From: Candidatus Omnitrophota bacterium
GTDB lineage: Bacteria; Omnitrophota; Omnitrophia; Omnitrophales; Aquincolibacteriaceae
Assembly: GCA_903884815.1 (NCBI GenBank)
Contig: CAISGE010000043.1
Coordinates: 701-64,700 of the forward strand
DNA: 64,000 nucleotides
Direction of reading: 5' to 3'
Part shown: one piece after another, positions 38,101 through 50,100 of the stretch
Layout: each line of letters starts with the position of its first letter
How positions within the stretch are numbered: position 1 is the stretch's first letter
Notes under the pieces: generated by a model
Databases searched by the model: none
Told to the model about the DNA's origin: nothing
What the model saw: only the letters and a program-made list of their open reading frames with translations
Made by a program: the position numbers and the translations under genes

Positions 38101-41100
38101 ATCTTGCGGGCCCAGGTTTCGGGGACCGCGCGACCCGAGGCCAAACCGACCACCTTGGCGCCAGGCGGCAGCTCGCGGAACAAGGGTCCCCAAAGATTGA
38201 GCTTCAGGAACTGATCGTAATCATCCGGAACCACGCTGTTTTGCCCGGGAGCCATAGCGTCATAAACCCGTTGCCATTGTTTCTGCGGGGTCGTGGGGCT
38301 TTCAGCCAAACGAAGCTTCATGTTGCCTCGCGGCAGCCGCGTTTCCGCCCGACCCGGAGAATCCCCGGGAGCTGCCGGCACCGCGATTGGTTGTGCGGGA
38401 CTCGCTTCAGACCGTTCTGTTTTCAATACATTCTTAACCTCAGGAAAGATTCCTATTCTCTTTAAAAGCTCTTCCGCCAAGGGCAAATCTTCCCGAACGC
38501 CACGAGCCATCAACCAAAAACCACGACATACATTCCACACGGTCAAAAACAGTATTTTGATCTGGAAAGCGACCGACCAGTGCACCCTTTCATAGTGGTT
38601 GTACGCAATGCTTGGCCTCACATAGCTTGAAGCAAGAAAACCTTTTTGCGTGGAAGCGCCAAGAGGAAACTGCGCCTTGAAATAGCTAAAAAGTCCGGGC
38701 TTTCTGAAAGCCAGGATCGCATCCAGATGTTGCCGCGTTGTTTCGCCCTTGAGCAACGGCCTAGGGCCAAAAAAAGTCATTGAGCCTTCGATGATATTGA
38801 AAAGCTGGGGCAATTCATCCAAGCCCGATCTCCTCAGGATCGCGCCAAAGGGTATAGAAAAGCTACCGAACGGCAACGTTATTTCTTCCTTATTCTTCTC
38901 TAGGGTTCTTAATTTATAGACCATGAAGAGTTTTCCCCGGTAGCCGACCCTTTGTTGTTTCAAGATCACCGGACTTCCGGAAAACAGCCAGATCAAACCG
39001 GAGATGATCAGAATCACGGGAGAGAAAAGTATCGCTAAGGAAAGCCCTGCCAGTACATCGAAGATCCGTGATCCCGTGATCGGCCGGAGTCCTTCAGATT
39101 TTTTGGCCCATGATCCGGTGCCTGACGTTCCTCGATCCATCACGAACGTCGCAAGAATGTTGGGATCCTGTTGCCCGTCAGCCGGCTCCCGCATCTCCGC
39201 CCGCTCCGGAGAATCCCCGGGGGCTGCCCGTGTGGCTGTGGAAGCGATCAACTCACCGACAGGCACCTTGTTGGCAGTCACCCCGGGGGATGTTGCGGAT
39301 TGATTGATTTTTTGGATACGCGATTCGGCACGACTGCCTTTGTCCTTTTCCACGCGCCCGGCGGGACTAAACCCGGCGTTGGCGAGATACTGCTCGACGT
39401 TCTTCCAGTGGCTCATCGGGAAAAGGTGGATCCCCGTTACACCCGGCAGGAGCAAGGCCTTTTCAAACCGGCCGCGATTGTAAGAATCCCGGAACTTTCC
39501 GAACGCCTCGGGCTGCTTTACCTTGAAGGCCTCCGCTCTTTGCCAAGCATCGAGCGATTTTGCGGCCTCGGGATCGCGATAGGGATCCACTCCCATGAGA
39601 TGGCACCAGAAGCGGAGGTTCTTCGCACTCGATATCTCGGTCATGCCAATCTTGAATTGGAGGTTATCCATTAAGCCTGCGGCTTGAGCGGCATCCCAAG
39701 TTTTCCGGAACTCGCCGGGGAAAAGTGGCGGCTGGGTGTAGATCACGGTCGCACCCGCTTTTTTCTTCCTCGTCAGATCCTGGAGGGCATCTCCCGCATG
39801 GGGATTCCAGGTCGCCCAGATCTGAACATTTGCCGGAATCTCGCCGTTTTTCTTCATCTTGACCGCTTCTTTGATTGCCCAGTCGGTCTGGACCAGGAAT
39901 TGAGCGAGCGGTGTTTTCCTCAAGGGGTGCCCCCCGCCCATGAAGAGAAGCGCCTTCGTCTGGGGCCGGTTCCCAAGGTCCCGGATTATATCGAGTACAT
40001 CGAACGCCGACTGGGTTTGAAGCGCCACGGTCGCGACAAAATCCGTCCCAGGCAGTGGCATTTCCCGAATCTTCTCAAAACGCCCGACCTCGCTCCACAT
40101 GTCGGCGATTTTGACGGCGCGCGGGTCCTGAGAATTTTCAATCTTTTCGCCCCGACGACGCATGAATTCCTGGAACCCCCGGGGATACGGGAACGAGTCC
40201 TTGCGAAGCTTTTTTCCACGCATCATCAAAGCGGCATCTTCGACCCAAGCCGGAACTTCCGGAGCGCTCCGCGTGCTTGTCCCGTCAATCCACCCCGCTC
40301 CGTATAGCTGCATGAACGCGTCCCTTTCAGCAAGATACTTTTTCATGGATGCGGGATCATCCAACCGCGGCGCCGCAAGTTCCGCCGTCACGGTGAATTT
40401 CTTTTCGCTTACCCTCTCAGACAATCGCCCCAATCGGTTTCGCGTCTCGAATCGCAAAGAATCTCCGGGGACTGCCGGCGTGACTGCAGGAGCGATCAAC
40501 TCACCGACAGGCACCTTGTTGGCAGTCACCCCGGGGGATGTTGCGGATTGATTAATTTTTTGGATACGCGATTCGGCACGCGAAGCTTCAGCATCGGAGC
40601 GAGCGGCATCTGCTCCCGCGCCACTTGATACCGTGTCAGCCGAAGCATCGGTTTCTTTGGCTGCATTATTTGCCTCGATGAAAGCCTCGGCTTTATCCAG
40701 CGCGACATCCAATTGTCCTGGGGAAGGCTTGTGCCAAAGACGGGAATCCGGCCAATAATCCGCCAGGGGGCCGGCGACACTGCGATACCCGAGCGCCTTG
40801 AACACAAGCCTCTCCAAGACCTGAAACCAGAAAAATATTCTCTCGAAGAATCGAACCACGGGATTTCGTGTGGATTGCCGGCGGCCCTCCGGGAGATAGT
40901 CGATATCCGTCTTCACCCAGAGCTTCCACTTGCCATCCTCCGGATCATACGTCAATACCGTCATCGCGGCATTCTTGAGATTCCCTCTTTCAAAATGTTG
41001 GTAGACCGCGTCGAACTGGGAGGAGGGGATCTCCAGCATGTTCATGAGGTCCATCAAAAAATCAAGCCTGTGCACACCGATGAGAAATGTCTTTTCCGGA

Positions 41101-44100
41101 CGCGTGGGGATCTCTTTCAAAAACAGGAGCGCCTTGTCCTTTTCGGCCTGGGATCCGGAATAACCTTCGATCTCGTACTTCGCGGGATCTCTCCTGAAGA
41201 TCCTGAACATTTTCGCCCGCGTGGACGCAACCCAACGGTAAGGATAACCGCCGAACCAGTCCAATTTCACTTCGCGCAAGCTCTCCAGAACCTCCGGCTT
41301 TTTGCCCGCCCGGCGCGCCAACGGAGAAACCGTTTGGTAGTCCCGCTCGAGATCGCTGGAGAGATAAGCCTCAAAGGTGATCTTCATTTTCTTGAAAAAA
41401 GCCACCAGGGCCGCGACCTGAAGACGCCCGAAAATCGTCAAGGGCGAGAACATGGAATGATCCTGATGGTACTCAAACTCATTGGACCCGGAACGCCCGT
41501 GGGATACAAGGGTCACAAGCTTTCGCCCCGGCTTTTCCGCAAGCCATTGGCGCATGTCCTCATATTGATCAAAGAAATTTTCGGCAAACATGTATTCCGG
41601 ATTCAGGCGCTTTATTTCCTCGGACGTCAATTGCTTCGGTTTATCCCGATTCTCAGAGCGGCGTGCAACGCCAACTTGAACCGGTTTCAACCGCGTAGGT
41701 TGAAGGGGTTTATGCGGCAGGACCTCACGAATTTGCGGCATGTAGATCGCCCCCAGGGCTAAAAGAATATCCCCGGCTACAGTGAAACCGATCTGAAACC
41801 ACCAGTCCTGGATCCAAAAAACAGGATTCATCATGAGCCACGCGCTGTCTTGGTGTAACTGAAGAACAATTGGAAGGTTCACAAATGCCGTCGCGAAAGA
41901 AAGCGCCAGTTTTAGGCGCGTGACACCGGAAACCAACGGTAAAGTTCCCTCAGGCCGCGAAGATGCGTAGGGATTAAAATCAGCTTCGGAAATCGCGGCG
42001 GATTGCGCCTGGCCGTCTCTACTTTCTGAACGGTCAAGCGGTTCAAGACGGACCCAATACGAATCCTGAAGGCGGGAATCCCGAGGAAATCTCGAAGGGG
42101 TCAGTTGCGCGTCCAGGATGACGCCCTTGTCGGTGCGCCCTTGAAAATATTTTTTCCATGTCGGGGTCTGCCGGGTCCAAAAAAAGACGGAGTCAGCTCC
42201 CTTCTCCTGCATCGCGGCAAAAAAGGTATCCCGGAAGAAAACCCAGTCCTGATCCGGACCGTCCGGCCGCGTCACAAGAGCCTGAAGCACCACTTTCTTG
42301 TAGGTCTCACGGGTTCCTTCTTTCTCATGCCCCCAAGGCGTGAAAAACAAGATCCCGTCGAGCTTCATGTCCGCGTCAAACATCGCCCAGACCGGCTCGC
42401 CGTAAGACAGAGTCTCCCTCAAGATCTTCTCCGTCATCCAGAAGCCGTCCCGCCCGTGGTCTTTCGCTTCGATCGCCTCAAGGCTCGCAAAAACTTTTGC
42501 GAGCACGGCCTCATCCGTTATCTTGGACAGATCCGCGATGATCAGCCCGTCCGGCCTTTCCGCGATCACCGCGCCGGCAAGATCTTCTTTGCGAAGCTCT
42601 GAGCGGATGGCCCCAGAAAATTCCCGGAATTCCGCGCGGGGATTTCCGGGAATGGTTCCGGGTTGAATGGCTTGCCGCACTTCAGAGCGCTTCTCTCCTC
42701 TTTCACGAACAAAATCTATCGTCTTGCCCAAGACCCGGAATAAGGCCTCGTTGTCTTCGAAAAGAATCCCCGCCTCCGTAATGGCTTCCCGCACGTGATA
42801 ATCGGACGGGATCGGCTGACCATTCCAGACCAGTTCCCGGCAATGCTGCAAGGTGAACTCGATCGCCTCCCGACGCATCCGCTCGATCAGCTGTTCTGCC
42901 AGTAAGCGCGCCTGGATCAGCTCGATCCCCATTAGAAAGAATGTCTTGTCGTCGGGCAAGGAAGGCATTTCCGCGGGCGGACGATTCCCATGCTTGCGAT
43001 CGAGCGCTTTATTGATGACGGAAGCGTCAACCCTCTCCAGGGTCGCCAGGATCTCCAGGGAAGCCAGGATCTTCCGCAACTTTTCTTTTGAAAGTTCCAT
43101 GAACGGAGGGCCGTCATCCAACATGTCCGGGGATTCTTCATCCGAGGCCATTTGTGAGATCATCTTCTCCACCTCTGACCGGTGCTGAAACTCCCTTTGA
43201 TCCACGACCCATTGGACCACAATGATCGCGTCTTCAATAAGCCGGCGCTCGGCTTCGGCTGTTTTTCCGGAAAGGCCCTGCCCCGCCAAAGCTTCTCGGA
43301 CGGATACGATCGCTTTTGACCGACCCTTCTCGAGCGGCTGCCCGCCATGGAGGACCTTCTCATAGGCCCTGAGCGTACGGATCACTCCGTCAAGAGCCGA
43401 GCGTCTGCCGATGACTTTCCCATTTCCGTCTTTCGGCATCAGTGCCACGCCCAGCGCTTTCGCCTCTTTTTTTTGATCCGGCGAAAGGTCCTTATAATCG
43501 ATCTTATACCGCATCTCCGACCGGGTGGCCTCAGCTGCGGCGATCGCGCGCAGAATATCCGCTTCCCGGATCTTTTTCAGGGAGAGAAGTTCTTCAAAAG
43601 CACTCCGGATACCGGCTTGGAAATGCTCCGACAAGGGAGTCCCGTCGCCATTCTTCATCTCAAAGATATCTTCGGCGCCAAAACTGCGGGTCTCCACGGG
43701 AACGTCGTCGATATTGATCTTGAGCTCATCCAAAACCCGGGTCACGACATGCATGCGGCCAAGCCCGTTGGGCATATGGACAAGCAGCCGTACATTTCCC
43801 TGCTTTTCCGAGGGAAGGAATTTGAGCGAGGCCGGACCGCCGCTGTCCTCGAACGTATCAAACTCATAAGGCCGTCCCTGCGCCGCAAAGAGCGCCCGCA
43901 GCTTCGGCATGTAATCCTTCTCGACGACGATTTCTCTCAGGGCCTTCGTCAGAGCTGCCACAAAATCATCCGAGACCCCCATCTCTTCACCTTCCTGGCC
44001 GACCTGGTAGACCATAAAATGGTCGAAGGTCTTCCCGTCAAATCCCGTCACGTCCGCGTCATGAATACTGAGACGAAAACCAGCAAACACCCCCGTGAGA

Positions 44101-47100
44101 CGTGCGAGTATCCCGGGCTCGTCGAAGGGAACACCGACCGCGATGTGGAGAAAGTGCTGATCGGCCCGCGAATAACCCTCCTCCGAGTGTAAGACGCTGA
44201 CGAGCGGGATCCCCTGCCGGTCCACCGGCATCTCTTCTAGCTTATTGAAAAGGACCAGGTGTTCTTGGATCATATCCGGCCGAAAACGACGGAGATAATC
44301 ATAACCTTTCAGTGCGGCGAATTTCCCGAGCTGTTTGCGGGCCTCGGCGAGGGCCGCCTCAGACGGATAATATCGCTTTAATTGATCGAGCAGTTCCTCG
44401 GTGTAAGCCCTGTTCTTCTCATCGCGGCGGCGAAGGATCTTTTCCCGTGAAAGTGCATTAAAGCCGCTTTCAAAGAACGCCTGAAGCTCGAGAAAGAACT
44501 CCCGCGTCCGTTCCAGAATGATCGGATTGACCCAAGCCTCAGGCGCTCTCCCCATCAATTCTGCGTTCCGGTCGGGATGCGTTCCGAGACGGTCGGCGAG
44601 CGTTATCGCGGCAAAAGCGCGGATCAAGGAACGGGGATCGAGCCCTTCTTCCGCGCTCATCGCAAGCCGCGCCTGCCAATCGAAAAGCGCGCTTTCGATC
44701 AGTTCCCTGAAATTCTGGATAATGGAATTACCGTGTTGGTGATACCAAATGATGAATTGAAGGAATGCAAAGGTCCGGAATTCGTCCGCGGCAAACTGGG
44801 TGAGAAGCCCCGCTCTCTCAAGGATTTGGGGCAGGAGTGTGATCGCGCCGCGGATCTGATGGGACACCTGGAATTTCGTCAGGATCAACTGTTTGCCGAC
44901 GTCGTGGAAAAGAACTCCCAGGCGCATCCTCGCAAGCCATTCCGGATCTTTGGCCGACTCGTGAAACCCGACGGCCCCGAGAACCTGGGAAGGCGCTCCG
45001 TTCGGCGGCAAGTCCCCGAACGTGAGCTCCTCGAAATTATCAAACGCGTAAAGCGCGTGATTGCTCACGCGATAATAATGCCAGTACGCATTGTCATCAT
45101 AGATATTATCAAGCTCCGCGAACTCCGGGCTCATCAGAGAAAGCAACCCCGTCTGATGCATCGCGTAGACCGCGTCAGAAATATCGGTCTGGACTCTCAG
45201 GAAACGCATGAATCCTTTCCAAAGTTCCCGGGCCTCCGGGCTATCGGACGCGACCGTTCCGGCGGCAGCCATGATCGCGATCTGATTAAACGCGCTCACC
45301 GGCTTCTTTGTCTCGGCGGACCGGATAAAAAGATCCATGACTCGCTCGGGATCGAATGTCTTTCCCGGATCAGGATCGATTATTTCCCGGGCAGTTTCCG
45401 CGATAGGCGTTTCCAAAATCCCGCTACCGATCTCATAAAGAAGATCGATAAAAAGGCGCGCTTTCAACAATGCGCTCTCAAACTCAGGACGGAACTCCCC
45501 TTGCGCCGGGCGTCCCCTTTCATCAACTTCGCTCAGCGTCTGAAGCGCTTCCTTCCAGCCCTTTCCTAAAACTTCTTCATTCAGACCTTTTTCATGAAGG
45601 AACTGCCTGGCAGCTTCAACAAGTCTTTGGTCCCCCATATTAAGCCACTCGCGCTCGATCTGCCCTGCTTCATTGGGAATGATCTCCTCAGGGCGGAGAA
45701 CTACTTCATCGCCACGGATGGTGATGCCAAAGGCTTTTTGAAGGAGAGGCAGCTGCTGCGTGATCAGGTAGGCGGCTTCCATGCCCGGATCGGGTTGTTT
45801 GCGGCCAAGATCCTTGTCCTTGGGACGATTTTTACTCCAGGCCCTCGCGGCTTTCGAAAAGCTGTCTTCATCCACCACGCGCATGTTGGAACGATTGGCT
45901 CGCAGACGATGACGGGAATCGACGCGGACGAGAACTTCATTTAAAACCTCGTCTGTGATCGTTTCGTGGCTGAACGCGAATTCCAGATCCTCCGCAAGAT
46001 CTTTCATTTCGCGACTGGACGGTTGACTTCCGTCAGGCCGGAGAACATGAATCGTATCCTGGATCTGGAGTCCCACCTTGCGGCTGTACCCCACCGTATC
46101 GATCGTGCTCCGGGGGCCCAACAATAAACCGTGCATGAGAAGAATATGCGCGATATCCGCCAAAGCGCCGATCCCGTCCGGCGTTTCAAGGTAGACAAAG
46201 TTCGAGTGCCCGTAGTGGCGCACCAGCACCTTCGTCGGCGGCAGCGGCATCAACGCCGGGCTGCGGAAAAAAGGCTTGTTCCGGTAGCCGGACCTGACCT
46301 TGCCGGCATCTTCCATAAGAAGCGCGGACCGGAATCTTTCCGTCAGATTTTCGCTGAATTTTGGATCTTCTTCCAAAGCCTGGTCCAGAAAATTGCGACG
46401 GACGATCATCGCATTGACCGTAATAGCCCCCTTGGCGAAGTGTTGCGGAAGAAGCGACAGAACGCTGAACTGTCCCTGCTTTCCGCTCGCCAGGACGGTC
46501 GCGATCCGGAAGAGACGCCCCGGCCGGTCCAAGCGGCTGCGGGACGCGACACGCAGCACCCACGTATCGGGGATGCCCGTCGCTTCCCAGTCAACCCGCA
46601 CCTCATCGTCCTCCAATCCCTCCGCAAAGCCAGGCAGCTGATCAAGAGGCACGTGTTCCCGGTAATACGTCTTCATTCTTTCCGGATCCATGAATTCCTC
46701 TTCCGTGATCTCAAGGAAAGGCTTGAGGCGGTTCAGATAGATTTCGGTCCGGCCCTTCTGGAAGGTCTCGATTTGGGTCAGGGTAAGGGCGACAAGCACC
46801 TGCCATCTGTGAAAATCGGGCCGGCCGGCGGCATCGCTCAGGTTATCTCTTTGGAACTCCAGGAACTCGTCGGGATAATAGAGCCCGCTGTTCTGCATCA
46901 AAGAAAAAAGGGCTGTGCGTTTTTCGATCAACCAACGGGCCTTACCGGCTTCCGCCGGATCAAGGCCGATCAAAGCGAAAACCTTGGACGGGTCGATCCC
47001 GGGGATCTTCTGATCGATCAGGGCATCCACCAGCATCGCCGCGCGCACGGGAGCCAGCCAATCCTCCGGGATCGAAAGGCGAGACGCTCCGGCCATCGGA

Positions 47101-50100
47101 CCGGTCACTTCAGCCTTCCCCCGGAGGCCGTCCAGAATGCGGGCATAATTGATCGATTGAACATCCAGCGTATGCTCGTATTTAAAATCCTGGACCACGC
47201 GATGGTTGAGTTCACGGTATCCGGGGACGATCTCTTCGAGAAGTCCCAACAGATGCGCCTGCAGCAAAAGATCCCCGATGGGACCCTTCGCGCGTAGGAT
47301 GGCGGCAAAAGCCGCCCGGGCCTGAGCGCGAAAGGCCTCGTCCCGGCCAAGATGCTCCAGAAAAGCAGCCCGGGCATTTTTTATGCCGTCCAAAAGTTCT
47401 CCCGTGAGGGCACAGTCGTGCTCGGCGGCAAATTTGAATATTTCAAGGATGTCGTCCGGACGGATACTTTGACCGGGATGCAGCGTGAGAACCGCTTCCT
47501 TCCGGTCTTCGGGAATAAGCACAGGCCCGTTTTCCGTGATCGTTTCCCCAAAGCGCTTGGCCTTCTCCACTCCCGGGAATGGGAATTTCTCATCGTCCCC
47601 ATCCGGCAGGAAATCGTATTGAAGCGGTGTGGTCTTCTGAAGGGCGCGGTCCAGGATCGTCGAGGCGTAGAGGTAAAGGGTTCTCTGCGCCCTGTGGAGA
47701 TCTTCGAGAAAAAGGACCACCCGCGCGTCTTCACCGGCACCGGTCTCTCGGTACATCCACTCCGCGAGCGCGGGCTGCTGCTCAAGCCCTAGCCGGTCGC
47801 TTGAGCCCCCTTCCTCCGCAGTCGGCAACGCCTGAAGTTTCCAGCGGATCTCACGGATATGCGCCGCGGCCTTCCGGGCTTCTTCAAATTCTTCGCGGGT
47901 CAGAAAAGCGATGTTGTGGCCGGAGGTCTGATCGATCGCGTCATTTTCATCCCGGAAGAACAAACGCACGACCCAACTCGCCACATCAAAATCCTTAAGC
48001 CCACCGGCTCCCCACTTGAGGTCCGGCTCGCGCTCCGCGAGTCCGCTGAAATAGCCCTCCTCCTGCCTGTGTTCGTCCCACGCATCCAGAATCTGTCGCA
48101 GGACCCGGGCTCTCTTCACCGGTTGATCCAGGTGGTTTTTCAAAGCCGTCTCCAACTCTGCAAACGGAAGACCCGGAGAGCTCACTTCCCGGGCGAACAG
48201 CAGCTGTGTCATGGCCTCTCTTTGGATCTCAGGGGCTGTGGTGCGATGCGTGGCTTGCATGCGAGCCGCGAAAGAAGCGCTCGACGCAGCGTTGAATTCC
48301 TTGGTCAGCCCCAGATCGGTTACAGTCACGGGGTTTTCAAATTCTTCTAGAGCGAAAAGATCCCAGGCCCCGCCCAGGACTCGGGACGATTCATAAACGA
48401 ACCCGCCGGGCGTGAAGTGATCCTTAAGGGATTCAACGTCTGCATGGGTCCGGACCACGACGAGCCCGTCATAGTCCGAGTGAGGTGCCACTTCCCGGCG
48501 CCCGTAACTGCCCGTAGCCACAAAAAGCATCGGTGGCGTATCGGGATAATTCCTGTGGATGTACCGTTTGAACTCCTCGGCCACTTTCGCCACATAGTGA
48601 TCCGCGAGGTCCGCGAGTGCCACGGACTTCTCCTCCCAAGGGGTATTACTTTTCAGAATCTTTTCCCGCTGGGCTTTGAATAAGGCGCCTTCCCGGCTGA
48701 TCCAATCGAGCTGATCATCCGGCAGCGTGGTATTCCGCGTCTCCGACCGGCGTCTGTGACGCCCGCGATCCCGAGGGCCGGAGCCACTAAATTCACGCAT
48801 AACATCGTTATAGTCCATCACCCATTCGTGCACGTCGGGGTCCTTACATCTCTCAAAAGTGTCGCGATCCCAAACCATGATGAGATAGTCCTTCGCCCTG
48901 GAAATGGCCACATTGATCCGGTTTCTTCCCTCCACCGGATCGGCCAAAAAGCCGACATTGTCATCCTCGTTGGAACGCACCCAGGAAACGATCACGGCTT
49001 TGTACTCCGAACCCTGGGATTTATTGACGGTCGTAACATCCAAAAGAGAAACCTCGATCTCATAGGCTGCCGGAAAGCTCCCTTCAAGTCCCAAAAATCT
49101 GAGGATCTCTGCAGCCTGGGTTCTACGGTCGCCTTCGCCCCGCCGAATCCTCCTGAGAGAGTCCTTGATCCCCCTGACTTTCTCCCTGCGCACCCCGCCC
49201 TTCTGCTGCCCTCGAAGACCCCGATAACCCGGATGATTGGCCATAAGCCAAGAATCGGCCCGATAATCGACCCTGGCTTCAAGGGCCTCCGACCCGAACA
49301 ACTCCTCAAACACTATCCATTCGTCATTGCTCAGTTCTTGTCCCGCCGCAAGCCGGACCAGATAATCATGGGCCTTTGATGTGGCGAGAAGACGGTCGCG
49401 GATCAACTCCACCTGATCCGCGTAAGGCGAGATCACGCCGATGTCTTCAGCGCCAAGATGTTTCTTGTTCATCAACCAATGAATATGCGTGATCACACGA
49501 TCCGCTTCTCCGGGATTTTTTTTGCCCCCATCATGATCCTCACTATTCGCGTTCTCATCATGGAAGCCGAAGCGCCCGTGAGTATTATCATCGATCACCA
49601 TCCCCGTGATCTCCCGCCCGGCCATCAGTTTGGGACGACCGGACTTACGGTAAAAATAGTTGATCAGACGTACGATCCAGCTGCCCGAACGCCGTTGAAT
49701 ATTCAGAAAGAAATAGGGTGCAAAAGAAACAAATCCGGCAAGGGCCAGCTCGCGCGGGTAAAAAAGATCCAGCGCTTTTTCCAGATAGGATTTTTTGTGA
49801 GCATTCCGTTTCTCCTTGTCCAGGATCTCAAGGAGCGTCCTTTGCCCGAAACGGGTCTTCAACTCATTGCCGGCAAAGATATTTCGGCCGAGCTTCTTTG
49901 CCTGATTCAGATATTTCGTAATAAATCTCCGGTCCTCATCACTGATCCCGAATGCCGGTAACTGGTCGGGATCGCCCACCACGATTATTTTTTTTACGCC
50001 TTGCAGCTGCGCAAAAGCGAAAAAGAACTCGGGGAGCGTCGCAAGACTGGCTTCATCAATGATCAGAACGTCGGTGTTCAGCAGTTCCGGCCGTGTCCTG

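Noticed and set aside
39243-40580. 90-bp repeat pair as a DGR template/variable region
   Set aside because: Only one synonymous mismatch, both copies are in frame in the same ORF, and no reverse transcriptase is in the window
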